The position numbers and the translations under genes were made by a program. A stretch of 64,000 nucleotides of DNA from an uncultured Verrucomicrobiae bacterium (GTDB taxonomy: Bacteria > Verrucomicrobiota > Verrucomicrobiia > Limisphaerales > Palsa-1400): NCBI GenBank assembly GCA_963764165.1, contig CAVXRD010000002.1, positions 1,632,001 through 1,696,000 on the forward strand, written 5' to 3'. The notes below the pieces were generated by a model, which saw only the letters and a program-made list of their open reading frames with translations, ran no database searches and was not told where the DNA came from. Positions 29,120-38,031 of this stretch are shown here, one piece after another. Position 1 is the stretch's first letter. Each line of letters opens with the position of its first letter.

Positions 29120-29725
29120 ATGCAATTCCTGGCACAAGGCGGGTTGATGATCTGGGTCATCGTGGCGGCGAGCGCGGTGGCCTTGACCGTCTTTTTCGAC
29201 CGCCTGCTCCAATATCATCGCGACCAGATTGATTCGACTCAATTTCTAAACGGCGTGCGCAACGTGCTCAAGCGCGACAACATCGTCGAGGCGCTGGCGA
29301 TTTGCGATGCCACACCCGGCCCGGTCCCGCGCCTAGTGAAGACCGCCATTCTCAATCGCGAGCGCGGGCGCGAAGCCGTGCGCGAGGCGCTGGAGGACGC
29401 CGGCTCGTGGGAAGTGCCGCGGCTTGAAAACAAACTCAACGTGCTGGCAACGGTGGCGCAAATCGCGCCGCTGCTGGGATTGCTCGGCACGGTGATTGGT
29501 TTCATGAAATTTTTCGACAAGCTGCAAAGCGCGGGCCTCAATGCCAACCTCAACATTTTGTCCGGCGGCATCCGCGAGGCCCTGGTTTGCACCGCGGCGG
29601 GCCTGGCGGTTTCCATCCCTTGTTACGCGGGCTATAATTACCTGGTCGGGCGCGTCAATACGATTGTTTTGGACATGGAGCAAATCTCCAGCGAAATCCT
29701 CAATGCCGTTTCCGATCCGCCATGA
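29120..29725 (+). CDS. exbB: MotA/TolQ/ExbB proton-channel family protein
   Basis: APLLGLLGTVIG and GIREALVCTAAGLAVSIP. Confidence 0.88.
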   Translation: MQFLAQGGLMIWVIVAASAVALTVFFDRLLQYHRDQIDSTQFLNGVRNVLKRDNIVEALAICDATPGPVPRLVKTAILNRERGREAVREALEDAGSWEVPRLENKLNVLATVAQIAPLLGLLGTVIGFMKFFDKLQSAGLNANLNILSGGIREALVCTAAGLAVSIPCYAGYNYLVGRVNTIVLDMEQISSEILNAVSDPP

Positions 29726-30342
29726 GATTCGCCCGCAACGCGCATATTTTCCGCGGCTCCCTTGATCCCGCCCCGCTCGCCGCGGTGCTTCTGCTCCTGA
29801 TGATGTTCATAATGGTCAGCTCGCTCATCTACACACCGGGCGTGATTGTCGATCTGGGCCAGACTATCCTCGTCACCAGGACAAACGGCGTCGCCTTCGC
29901 CGGAAAGAATTATTTGCGGACGGAGCTCGAGCAATTGCGGACGGACTTGAAAAAAGCGCCAGCCGACGGCGGATTTACCGTGATCATGGAGCCGGGCGCC
30001 AGTCCAGCGCTTGGAGCGCAGGTGAGCAATTTATTCCAAATCAGATTGCCGCAAGGCACAAATCTGATCGGAACGGATGACGCGCGCGCAGTCGTTTCGG
30101 TGAATTTTCGCGGACAATTTTTCTATGAAAACCGGCTGGTGACGGATTCGGAATTGAAGAGCGCCCTGTCCGGCCAACTCAAAGCGGCCCGGCAGGATGG
30201 CAGGGAATTCATGCTGTTCGTCTATTTGGACAAAGCGGCTGAAAGCCAGATGGAAACCCACCTGGAGAATATTGCGCGCGAAGCGGGCGTGACGAAAATT
30301 CTCCGCGTCCAGCAGCCGCCCGGTTTCGGCGGGCAGTTATGA
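29722..30342 (+). CDS. exbD: ExbD/TolR-like protein (atypical)
   Basis: ATGA overlap with exbB; single N-terminal TM; ExbD-like periplasmic segments (VSVNFRGQFFYEN..LDKAA..AREAGV). Confidence 0.7.
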   Translation: MRFARNAHIFRGSLDPAPLAAVLLLLMMFIMVSSLIYTPGVIVDLGQTILVTRTNGVAFAGKNYLRTELEQLRTDLKKAPADGGFTVIMEPGASPALGAQVSNLFQIRLPQGTNLIGTDDARAVVSVNFRGQFFYENRLVTDSELKSALSGQLKAARQDGREFMLFVYLDKAAESQMETHLENIAREAGVTKILRVQQPPGFGGQL

Positions 30343-31106
30343 AAGCCAAGCGCCCGTGCCCGCAATTCCCGCCTGCGTGGACCCGCAAGAATCTGATCGC
30401 GATCATCGCCGTGCTGCTGGTGTTGCAAGCAGGTTTGATTTTGCTCTTCGGAAGCTGGTCCGCCCCGGCGCCCGCCGCGCCGCCGCCGCCTGTTCATTTC
30501 ACCGCCTTGTCCGCTCCGGCCAGCAGCGATGATTTGATGCGGCAATTTTTTGTGTGCGATCCTTCCGTGTTTATCTTCCCGAATCGGCACGATTTTTCAG
30601 GCCGCGGCTGGCTCAACGACACGCCGGCGGGTTACCAATCCACCGATTCACTCGAAGCACCCGCGCTGCTCGCGCTGAATCCGACGCGGCTGGGAACAAA
30701 TTTTGCCGGGCTGCCGCATCCGTATGCAAATGTCCAGCCGGCGAACCTTCCCGAGCCGCCCTCGGAGCGCGAAGAGCCGCTTCCGTCATTCTTGAAACCC
30801 GATGTCCTTCCCACCCAATCGTCATTTCAAATCGAAGGCGAATTGGCCAATCGCTGGCTCGGGCCGGAGCCTTCGTTGAAATCGTGGCCGAGCGCGGCCC
30901 AGGTTTTGAAATCGTCACGAGTGCAAATTGCCGTGGACGCCGCCGGCGGCGTAGTGGCGTCGCGATTGGAGAGCGGCTGCGGATTGGCGGAGGCGGATGG
31001 CGCGGCCGTCGCGGCATCGCGCGCGCTTCGGTTTCGTCCGGCGCCGCGCACCGGGGCACAGTGGGGCGAAACCGTGTTCCACTGGCACACCGCCGCGCCG
31101 AAATAA
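30339..31106 (+). CDS. TonB-like energy transducer
   Basis: N-terminal TM, Pro-rich region and TonB-C-like C-terminus (VQIAVDAAGGVV..SGCGLAEADGAAV..LRFRP); coupled to exbD. Confidence 0.65.
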   Translation: MKAKRPCPQFPPAWTRKNLIAIIAVLLVLQAGLILLFGSWSAPAPAAPPPPVHFTALSAPASSDDLMRQFFVCDPSVFIFPNRHDFSGRGWLNDTPAGYQSTDSLEAPALLALNPTRLGTNFAGLPHPYANVQPANLPEPPSEREEPLPSFLKPDVLPTQSSFQIEGELANRWLGPEPSLKSWPSAAQVLKSSRVQIAVDAAGGVVASRLESGCGLAEADGAAVAASRALRFRPAPRTGAQWGETVFHWHTAAPK

Positions 31107-31115
31107 AGCTATCGC

Positions 31116-31340
31116 ATGTCTTCCCAGCAGCTCATTGAGGTGTATGTCGTTTCTCTTCTTGCGGGGCTTGCGATCTTGGCCATATATTCTGAAGTTCGCA
31201 TCCGGCGATTTGGGCCGGCGCGGAAACAGGACCGCATTTTTCGCTGCGAACGCTGCAGCGCTATTTACACGGACGACGCGGACGCAGATCGCTCCCGTTG
31301 CTCGCAGTGCGGAACTCTCAATGAACCGTTCGAGTTTTAA
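31116..31340 (+). CDS. Small membrane-anchored zinc-ribbon protein
   Basis: TM helix followed by CERC..CSQC. Confidence 0.7.
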   Translation: MSSQQLIEVYVVSLLAGLAILAIYSEVRIRRFGPARKQDRIFRCERCSAIYTDDADADRSRCSQCGTLNEPFEF

Positions 31341-31359
31341 TATTTTTATTTTTTAACCT

Positions 31360-32538
31360 ATGGGAATGTGGATCGGCAGAAATCGCAAAGCGCGCGTCAC
31401 CTATGGTTTTGACGAGATCGCGCTCGTTCCCGGAGAAGTGACCGTCAATCCCAACGAGGTCAGCACCTCCTTCAAAATCCCCCGCAAAGATGGCGGCGCC
31501 ATCGAGCTCAAAATCCCCATCATCGCCAGCGCGATGGACGGCGTGACGGACGTCCGTTTTTGCATCGCGATGGGCCAGCTCGGCGGCCTCGGCGTGATCA
31601 ATCTCGAAGGCGTGCAGACGCGCTACGAGAATCCCGAGGAAGTCCTCAATCGCGTGGTCAACGCCAGCAAGGACGACGTCACCGCGCTCATCCAGAAACT
31701 TTACCTGGAGCCGATCAAGGAAGAATTGATTGCCAGGCGCATCAAGGAATTGAAAGCGGCCGGCGTTCTCGCCGCCGTCAGTTCGATCCCGCAAAAGGCG
31801 GAGAGGTTTGGGGCGATTGCGCAGGAAGCGGGCGCGGATGTTTTCGTCGTCCAATCCACCGTCTCGACCGTCAAACATATTTCGACGGAATACAAGACGC
31901 TCGAGCTGGCTGATTTCTGCAAGATGATGAAAATCCCGGTCATCGTCGGCAACGCTGTCACGTATAACGTCACCAAGCAATTGATGGCCTGCGGCGTGGC
32001 GGGCGTGCTGATCGGCGTCGGCCCGGGCGCCGCCTGCACCAGCCGCGGCGTGCTGGGCCTTGGCGTGCCGCAAGTGACGGCCACGGTCGATTGCGCGGCC
32101 GCCCGCGACGATCATTACAAAAAATCCGGCAAATACGTCCCGATCATCACCGACGGCGGCATGAGCAAGGGCGGCGACGTCTGCAAAGCGCTCGCCTGCG
32201 GTTCGGACGCCGTCATGGTCGGCAGCGCCTTCGCCCGGGCCGAGGAAGCGCCCGGCAAGGGCAACCACTGGGGCATGGCCACCCCGCACGCCAATCTCCC
32301 CCGCGGCACGCGCATCAAAGTCGGCGTGACCGGCTCTCTGAAACAAATTCTATTCGGCCCCGCCTCCGTCGACGACGGCTCGCAGAATTTAGTCGGCGCG
32401 ATCACGACCTGCATGGGCAACGTCGGCGCCTCGAGCATCCGCGAATTTCAAGAAACCGAAATCATCATCGCCCCCAGCATCAAGACCGAAGGCAAGCTGT
32501 TCCAGACGGTGCAGAGTGTCGGCATGGGAACGCGGTGA
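31360..32538 (+). CDS. guaB: IMP dehydrogenase, GuaB3-type (no CBS domain)
   Basis: IPIIASAMDGV, GVGPGAACTSR (catalytic Cys), IITDGG and HWGMA. Confidence 0.9.
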   Translation: MGMWIGRNRKARVTYGFDEIALVPGEVTVNPNEVSTSFKIPRKDGGAIELKIPIIASAMDGVTDVRFCIAMGQLGGLGVINLEGVQTRYENPEEVLNRVVNASKDDVTALIQKLYLEPIKEELIARRIKELKAAGVLAAVSSIPQKAERFGAIAQEAGADVFVVQSTVSTVKHISTEYKTLELADFCKMMKIPVIVGNAVTYNVTKQLMACGVAGVLIGVGPGAACTSRGVLGLGVPQVTATVDCAAARDDHYKKSGKYVPIITDGGMSKGGDVCKALACGSDAVMVGSAFARAEEAPGKGNHWGMATPHANLPRGTRIKVGVTGSLKQILFGPASVDDGSQNLVGAITTCMGNVGASSIREFQETEIIIAPSIKTEGKLFQTVQSVGMGTR

Positions 32539-32594
32539 CGAGGCGGTTCTTTCGGCTGGCGCTTGGATCAACCGCCCAAAACCTAGAATTACGC

Positions 32595-32625
32595 GGTTGA
32601 CTTGGTTGATTTGGTTGATTATGTT
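32595..32625 (+). promoter_or_regulatory. TA operon promoter overlapped by three direct repeats at 9-bp period
   Basis: TTGACT (32597-32602), 17-nt spacer, TATGTT (32620-32625), ATG at 32632. GGTTGA occurs at 32595, 32604 and 32613. Confidence 0.6.
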
Positions 32626-32631
32626 TCAGCC

Positions 32632-33333
32632 ATGAAGGCTGAAGTGGAAGTTTGCGAAATGACGCCGGCCAAGGCGCTTTCCGCTCGAGAATCGGTTGTT
32701 CCCGTGGACTCACGTCTTAGCGGAGCCATGAAAATCATCTTCAAAACGATGCACGGAATTCACTCGGCATCCCGGCAGGAGATTCTAAGAGCCGCGAAGA
32801 AAAAAGGGTATACAGAGGCCGAGGTTGAAGCAGCCTTGGATTATTTGGTCAAGACGCCTGTTTTGACTGAAAGTGTCTCCCAGATAGTGTCAACGCCCTC
32901 AGGTCCTCCTACGCCTGGCAGCAGTTCCGGCCTTGGAACCTTTGATCCTTATGCCGCCGGGGAACGGTTGGTTGAAGAACTTAAAGCGACCGAGGGCGGC
33001 GCGTGGACCGGACAAGAACTTCAAAAGCGTTTCAAGTTGACGCCGGCCACACTTCACCGGCGTCGCAAAGAGCACCGCATCATTTATTTTCGAGATGGCC
33101 GGCACGACTTTCATTACCCAATATGGCAATTCACTCCTGGCGGAGCCATGCTGCCAGGAATACAGGAAGTGTTGGCGAAATTTCAGAGCCGGGATGAGTG
33201 GCGCGTTATGCGCTATTTTCTAGGAAAGCGCGCCGAGTTAGGAGATCGCCGGCCATTGGACTTGCTGCGCGACGGCGAAAGGGAAAAAGTTCTGGCTCAC
33301 GCCAAAATCCATGCCGAGGAAAACACCTGGTAA
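32632..33333 (+). CDS. Putative antitoxin (HTH plus Xre/MbcA/ParS-like C-terminus)
   Basis: HTH-like WTGQELQKRFKLTPATLHRRR, YPIWQF and C-terminal YFLGKRAELGDRRPLDLLRDG; overlaps the RES gene. Confidence 0.7.
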   Translation: MKAEVEVCEMTPAKALSARESVVPVDSRLSGAMKIIFKTMHGIHSASRQEILRAAKKKGYTEAEVEAALDYLVKTPVLTESVSQIVSTPSGPPTPGSSSGLGTFDPYAAGERLVEELKATEGGAWTGQELQKRFKLTPATLHRRRKEHRIIYFRDGRHDFHYPIWQFTPGGAMLPGIQEVLAKFQSRDEWRVMRYFLGKRAELGDRRPLDLLRDGEREKVLAHAKIHAEENTW

Positions 33334-34018
33334 GCTCAACGCTCCTTCGCCACAAGTTGCGTTCGATCAGCTTCCGCTGGAAAAACTTTGCGTTCATGCG
33401 AGGGGTGTGTTCTATCGCATGCACTCCATCAACCCCGCCACAAAGGCGCCATGGCCCGCCGTTTTTTTCGGCAAGCGCGGCAGGACCCGGTTCGACCCGG
33501 CGAGTGGGACGGGCACTCTTTACCTGGGTTCGACACTAGTGGGAGCGCTCATGGAGATTTTCGACGACCGTTGGGGGCCTCTCGGCGACCATTCACGAAG
33601 CCTGACCCGATCTGAACTCGAACAATGGTGGGTGACGCTTGTGGATGTCCCGCCTGTTATGGTCTTTGACGCTCATGGCCAGAATCTCTCAAAGATTGGC
33701 ACTGACCTCCAAGTTGTGTCGGGAAACCATCAAATTTCACGAAGCTGGGCGCTTCGGATGATGCGCCATCCCGCCAAGGTCGGCGGCATCGTGTATCCTT
33801 CCCGTCATGACGCCACACAGCGCAATCTCGCCTTGTTCAAGCGCCCCGGGCTAACTCCTCCATCGTTTGATGCAACCCTGCAACCTCCCGCAGCAAGGCA
33901 TGGGACAGGACCCGCAATGGCTGCCAGAACGCTAGTTCTTGGCCCTGCAACCCTGCTCCGCGACCATCCCGAGTTGAACATAGCGCTGCAAGAACTCGAA
34001 GTCGCTATCCTCCCATGA
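33311..34018 (+). CDS. RES-domain protein (putative NAD+-consuming toxin)
   Basis: FYRMH, RFD (Arg), TLYLG..LMEIF (Glu), GIVYPSRH (Ser) and NLALF. Confidence 0.82.
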   Translation: MPRKTPGKLNAPSPQVAFDQLPLEKLCVHARGVFYRMHSINPATKAPWPAVFFGKRGRTRFDPASGTGTLYLGSTLVGALMEIFDDRWGPLGDHSRSLTRSELEQWWVTLVDVPPVMVFDAHGQNLSKIGTDLQVVSGNHQISRSWALRMMRHPAKVGGIVYPSRHDATQRNLALFKRPGLTPPSFDATLQPPAARHGTGPAMAARTLVLGPATLLRDHPELNIALQELEVAILP

Positions 34019-34349
34019 GCTTAACCGCAAGGAGACGAGCCGTAAGTTTGAGCGAATCGCTACGTATCCAATTCAGCGCGGATTGCTGTTTCATAGACTC
34101 CGGGATCGGGAAGATTCGACGGGGACGTAAACGCCAAGGCAACTTGGTCGACTGTTGTGGTAAGTTGCCCTTTGAATTCCAGTGGCCGGACGCTTCCGTG
34201 CGGGGCGCCTCCCCTAAATCGTAGTCGCGAAAAGTCAGTGAGCCGCTTTCGCGTGGGCCGGCAGGGCCACCGGGACGGTCGCGCTCCCAAAATCCGATTG
34301 AATCGCGCAGGACTGATCGGATGCGCGGCAAATTTCTGCACTCGGGTTT

Positions 34350-34558
34350 GCCGCCGAAGCGCCGTCGGCGCGGCAACTTTGTAGAACCGGCGAAAATGAT
34401 CTTTCAAGCTCCGTAGGAGCGGCACCTTCGGCACACGGCAGGCGACTGAGAAAACCGGCGTTCAAGATCGCTCCCGCCACGGGTGCTGCTCCTACGGAGC
34501 TTGGGCCATTTTGTTGTTTGTTTCTACAACGATGCCGCGCCTGCGGCGCTTCGGCGGC
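34350..34558. repeat. Nested double REPIN forming an extended hairpin of about 210 bp
   Basis: Outer arms GCCGCCGAAGCGCCGTCGGCGCGGCAACTTTGTAGAA (34350-34386) and 34522-34558; inner arms CAAGCTCCGTAGGAGCGGCACC (34405-34426) and 34482-34503. Confidence 0.8.
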
Positions 34559-34639
34559 GGCCAGTGGCGCGCCGGACGGATTCCATGCCGAGGAAGGGTG
34601 TTTCGATAATACCACATAAGCGTGTCATTACAATAAGAA

Positions 34640-34760
34640 TTGACGCAAGAGCGGTTTGGCGTTATTTTTCTCCTTGTCGCCTTCTGGGCGTGTTCTTTGA
34701 TATTTTGCGGATTCCAACGCTAAGTGGAGCAGTTGTTTCAAAACGGGCGGTCGGGCGACT
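34640..34760 (+). ncRNA. Candidate promoter-driven structured small RNA of about 85 nt
   Basis: TTGACG, 17-nt spacer, TATTTT promoter-like motif. The predicted 5' end GTCGCCT pairs with GGGCGAC (34753-34759). No convincing CDS follows. Confidence 0.25.
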
Positions 34761-34915
34761 AAATGAATCGCGCCGGCATGATTGAAGGCGGGTGACGCCT
34801 AGATTATATCGGGGCGGCGACGCAGCGCCAGCCCTGCCTCAATTTGGCAGGACGGGCCTGCGTGTCCGCCCAGTTATCCTCACCCTTCCAATCACACCCA
34901 AATCGTGATCGGGCG

Positions 34916-35281
34916 TTGCACGCTATTGCACCCTATTGCACCCTTGGTTTTCGCGGCAGGGCGCCAGCGGGAAAAGAGCTTTCGCGCAGAGAAGATGCGT
35001 GCGCAGAGGAACACAGGGATAAATCCATACTCCACTGAAATCGTCAAGGGAACCAAATATGGCTGGTCTGTTGCCATTCTTGTTGGGTTCCTCGCTGTTT
35101 TTCAATGGAACAATGATGGTGCAGGCATCTTGATGAAAATTTTCAGGGAACGACGGAAAGACGCCGCGTTTCATGCAACCCGACAGCGCGGGAAGAAATG
35201 TTGCGGGTCTGTTGCGGGTTTGTTGCTATTTTTGTTGCCCCTTATCTCGTTGATGGTCAACCGTGTAGCGGGTGTTGCCCC
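34916..35281. repeat. Short direct-repeat arrays with 10-11 bp period
   Basis: TTGCAC(G/C)CT(A/T) x3 at 34916-34945; TGTTGC-based units x4 at 35199-35241, with another at about 35263-35281. Confidence 0.6.
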
Positions 35282-35451
35282 TTTTTCGAGATCATATATA
35301 ATCGCTCGCACTTCGATAATTCGCCCCTGGCGAAGCTAAAGATCTTCTGACCTTGGCGCCGCCGCCAAAAGGGAAATCCAAAAAAGTCTGGACGATGCGT
35401 CAGCTTTATGGAATATCATTCAAACCGAGTTCAACCTCAGGCCAATTTCCC

Positions 35452-35667
35452 ATGAGCGAATTTAAATTTGATTGCAAGTGCGGGCAGCGGATTAAAATCG
35501 ATGACCAGTTTGCTGGCCGCGAAATCGAATGCCCAGCCTGCAAAACCAAGTTGACGGTGCCATGGCCGCCTGGCAAACCAACCGGCATGACGTTTGTTCC
35601 TGAAACCTGGAAGAAACCATCCTCTCCCGCCGCCGCAAAACCGGGGGACGACAAGCCGAAAGCGTAG
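35452..35667 (+). CDS. Stand-alone zinc-ribbon protein (71 aa)
   Basis: MSEFKFDCKCGQRIKIDDQFAGREIECPACKTKLTVP. Confidence 0.72.
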   Translation: MSEFKFDCKCGQRIKIDDQFAGREIECPACKTKLTVPWPPGKPTGMTFVPETWKKPSSPAAAKPGDDKPKA

Positions 35668-35780
35668 TGTCTCCCGCTGGCGTCGTTTGGGCCAAAAGCG
35701 TGAGAAATATCGCCCTTCCAGCGTGGTTCTTTTTGGCCCGTTGACTCTGTTTCGCAAGCCTGGGTCCATCCGGCGGACAA

Positions 35781-36707
35781 TTAGTCTCGTTGCAAAAGCT
35801 TCAGGACGGCTCGCAATACAATTTCCACCGGCGCGTTTTCGAGCCCACCCGGATGGCGCAGCAGTTGAAATTTTTCACTTATGGGTCGCCACACAGAAGC
35901 ATTCGAGCGGCCCCACAATGCGAGGCCCGGCAAATCCAGCGCGGCGGCAAGGTGAGTGATTCCGGAATCGTGGCCGATGAAGGCATCGCAATCCTGCATC
36001 AAGCGCGCCAATTCAGGCAAGGGGAGGTTTTGCGCCATGCGCACGCGCGCCTCGGGCAAGCGCGATGCCAGGCGCGCGCATCGGCCCTCCTCTGCTTCGC
36101 CGCCGATCAGCAAGAGACGGAATTCAGTTTGATTGACAATCAATTCCAGCAATGCCGCCCATTTGGCTTCAGGCCAATTCTTGAGTTTGCCTCCGCTGCC
36201 AGGATGCGCGGCGAGCCATGTCCCCGGAGCCGGGTTTCCATTTCGCGGCATCCGAAGCCTGGGGCGTGAATCCACCCCTTGCATTCCCAATATTTCCAGG
36301 GGGCGAAGCAGCGCCTCCGCGGCATGAAGATCATCCGATTCTCTCGGGCGGTGCGGGCCACCAATGCATGCCGCCTTTGTGCAGCGCGCGACATTGTGCT
36401 GAAACACGCGATCAGGATCGTAAGCGAAGGAAATAATTAAATCGAACCCCGCAAAGAATTCGGCGGCGGCGGCAGGCCGCGCGCCGCCGTCGACAAAAAA
36501 ACCGCTGAACATCGGCGATTCGATGGCCGTGACGCTTTCCGCCAAACCACCCGCCACCGCGAGCGAGGCAATCGCCGGATAGCCGAGGATGTGCAGGGAA
36601 CTCTCCGGGAAATTCCGCCGCAAGGCCGCCAGCACCGGCAGCGTCAAGATGAAATCGCCAATCGCGCCGCCGCGAACGACAAGGATTTTCCGCGGCGGCT
36701 TGATCAA
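35781..36707 (-). CDS. Glycosyltransferase family 9 (LPS heptosyltransferase-like)
   Basis: ILVVRGGAIGDFILTLP, HPGSGG..KNWP and GHDSGITHLAAA. Likely start is TTG 36707. Confidence 0.85.
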   Translation of the reverse strand: MIKPPRKILVVRGGAIGDFILTLPVLAALRRNFPESSLHILGYPAIASLAVAGGLAESVTAIESPMFSGFFVDGGARPAAAAEFFAGFDLIISFAYDPDRVFQHNVARCTKAACIGGPHRPRESDDLHAAEALLRPLEILGMQGVDSRPRLRMPRNGNPAPGTWLAAHPGSGGKLKNWPEAKWAALLELIVNQTEFRLLLIGGEAEEGRCARLASRLPEARVRMAQNLPLPELARLMQDCDAFIGHDSGITHLAAALDLPGLALWGRSNASVWRPISEKFQLLRHPGGLENAPVEIVLRAVLKLLQRD

Positions 36708-36720
36708 TGGGAGCGGTTGG

Positions 36721-38001
36721 CTACCGGACAGACACGTCCAGGCTGACGCCCTCGCGGGTGCTGCGGGCGTAAATATGGCCATTGCTGATGCTCGGCGCAT
36801 TCCAGCATTTGCCGGACAGCACATGGCTGCGGGCCACTTCCTGATATTTTTCAGGCGAGGCTTTTACGAGGACGAGGTCTCCGGCATCGCTCAGAACCAG
36901 AACGCAACCGCTGACCAGCGTGCAGCCTCCCGGACCAAAACCCTCCTGCGACCAAACCACCTGGCCTGACGTCGCGTTGACGCACACCAGCGGCGCTTTT
37001 CCGAATTTGGCCTGGCCGGAAATGCCGTAGATAAAGCCGTCGCTGTAAACCGGCGTGCTCCAGTGATTGGCCAGAATGCTGGCTGGCTGCTTCCAAACCG
37101 GGGCGGCGTCGAACGTGTCCCCAGTTTTCGTGATCTTGCACGCAGCCGTGCCGACACCATAGGCCGCGGAGCAATACACCATGTCGCCGCAGACCAAAGG
37201 GGATATGGCGGTCGAGACCGCGTACTTGAACGGAAAACGCCAGAGCACCGCGCCGGTGGCGGGGGCGACGGACACCAGCCCGCGCTGCGTGAAAAAGATC
37301 ACCTGCCGCGTGCCGAGAATCGTGGCTGCCACGGGGGTGGACTGCGTCATCTTCTCGTCCTGCCCCTTCCACACGACGTGGCCATCCATTTTATTGAAAG
37401 CGAGCAAGGATTCGCCCATGCCGCCGCCCGCAACGAAAACCAGATTGCCGTCGATCAATGGCGAGGCGGCGCTTTCCCAATGAATATTATGGCCGCCAAA
37501 TTCATGGATAATATCCTTGGCCCAAATCTGCTGCCCAGTCGCCCCGTCCATGCACTTCAATACCATGGTGGAGGAATAGGTGTAGACCCGCCCCCCATCG
37601 GCGGTCGGCGTGGAGCGCGGGCCGTCACCACCATTATTCTCGGGTGTGCCTTTTTCGCCGCCGTCGTCATAATGCGCAACCCCGAGCGGCACCACCCAAA
37701 GCTGGCGTCCGGTCTTTTCGTCCCGCGCCACGCACGATTCTTGTTCCGCGCCATCAATGTTCCGCGTCTCGAGCGTATAGGCATGTGTGCCGTCGACGGT
37801 GATGGCGCTGAAGCCGTCGGTCATGGGTTGTTTCCAAACTTCCTTGAGGCCGGTGGCGGGCCAGGCAGTGAGAATTTTTTCGGGCGATGCGCCGTCGTGG
37901 TTCGGCCCGCGAAATTGCGGCCAATCCACTGCTCCGGCAGTTCCGGCCATTGCGGCCACCAAACCAGTGGCGAGAGTCCATTTGATAATTCGTCTTGCCA
38001 T
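36721..38001 (-). CDS. Exported PQQ-like (BamB-type) beta-propeller protein
   Basis: Signal peptide, [14 protein letters not shown] and repeated xxTG..W blade motifs. Confidence 0.85.
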   Translation of the reverse strand: MARRIIKWTLATGLVAAMAGTAGAVDWPQFRGPNHDGASPEKILTAWPATGLKEVWKQPMTDGFSAITVDGTHAYTLETRNIDGAEQESCVARDEKTGRQLWVVPLGVAHYDDGGEKGTPENNGGDGPRSTPTADGGRVYTYSSTMVLKCMDGATGQQIWAKDIIHEFGGHNIHWESAASPLIDGNLVFVAGGGMGESLLAFNKMDGHVVWKGQDEKMTQSTPVAATILGTRQVIFFTQRGLVSVAPATGAVLWRFPFKYAVSTAISPLVCGDMVYCSAAYGVGTAACKITKTGDTFDAAPVWKQPASILANHWSTPVYSDGFIYGISGQAKFGKAPLVCVNATSGQVVWSQEGFGPGGCTLVSGCVLVLSDAGDLVLVKASPEKYQEVARSHVLSGKCWNAPSISNGHIYARSTREGVSLDVSVR

Positions 38002-38031
38002 ATCCGCTCATTGAGCATTCAAAGCAGGGGA

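Noticed and set aside
34005..35339. ORFs 34005-34376, 34060-34434, 34235-34615, 34483-34785 and 34905-35339
   Set aside because: They translate repeat-derived sequence, overlap one another and show no family motifs.
32539..35451. Intact prophage, ICE or IS around the TA pair
   Set aside because: No integrase, transposase or flanking att-like direct repeats were found.
37063..38031. Apparent 724-aa ORF giving the rRNA methyltransferase a long N-terminal domain
   Set aside because: The first ~320 aa are the antisense shadow of the PQQ-propeller gene; methyltransferase homology begins at GTG 38032.
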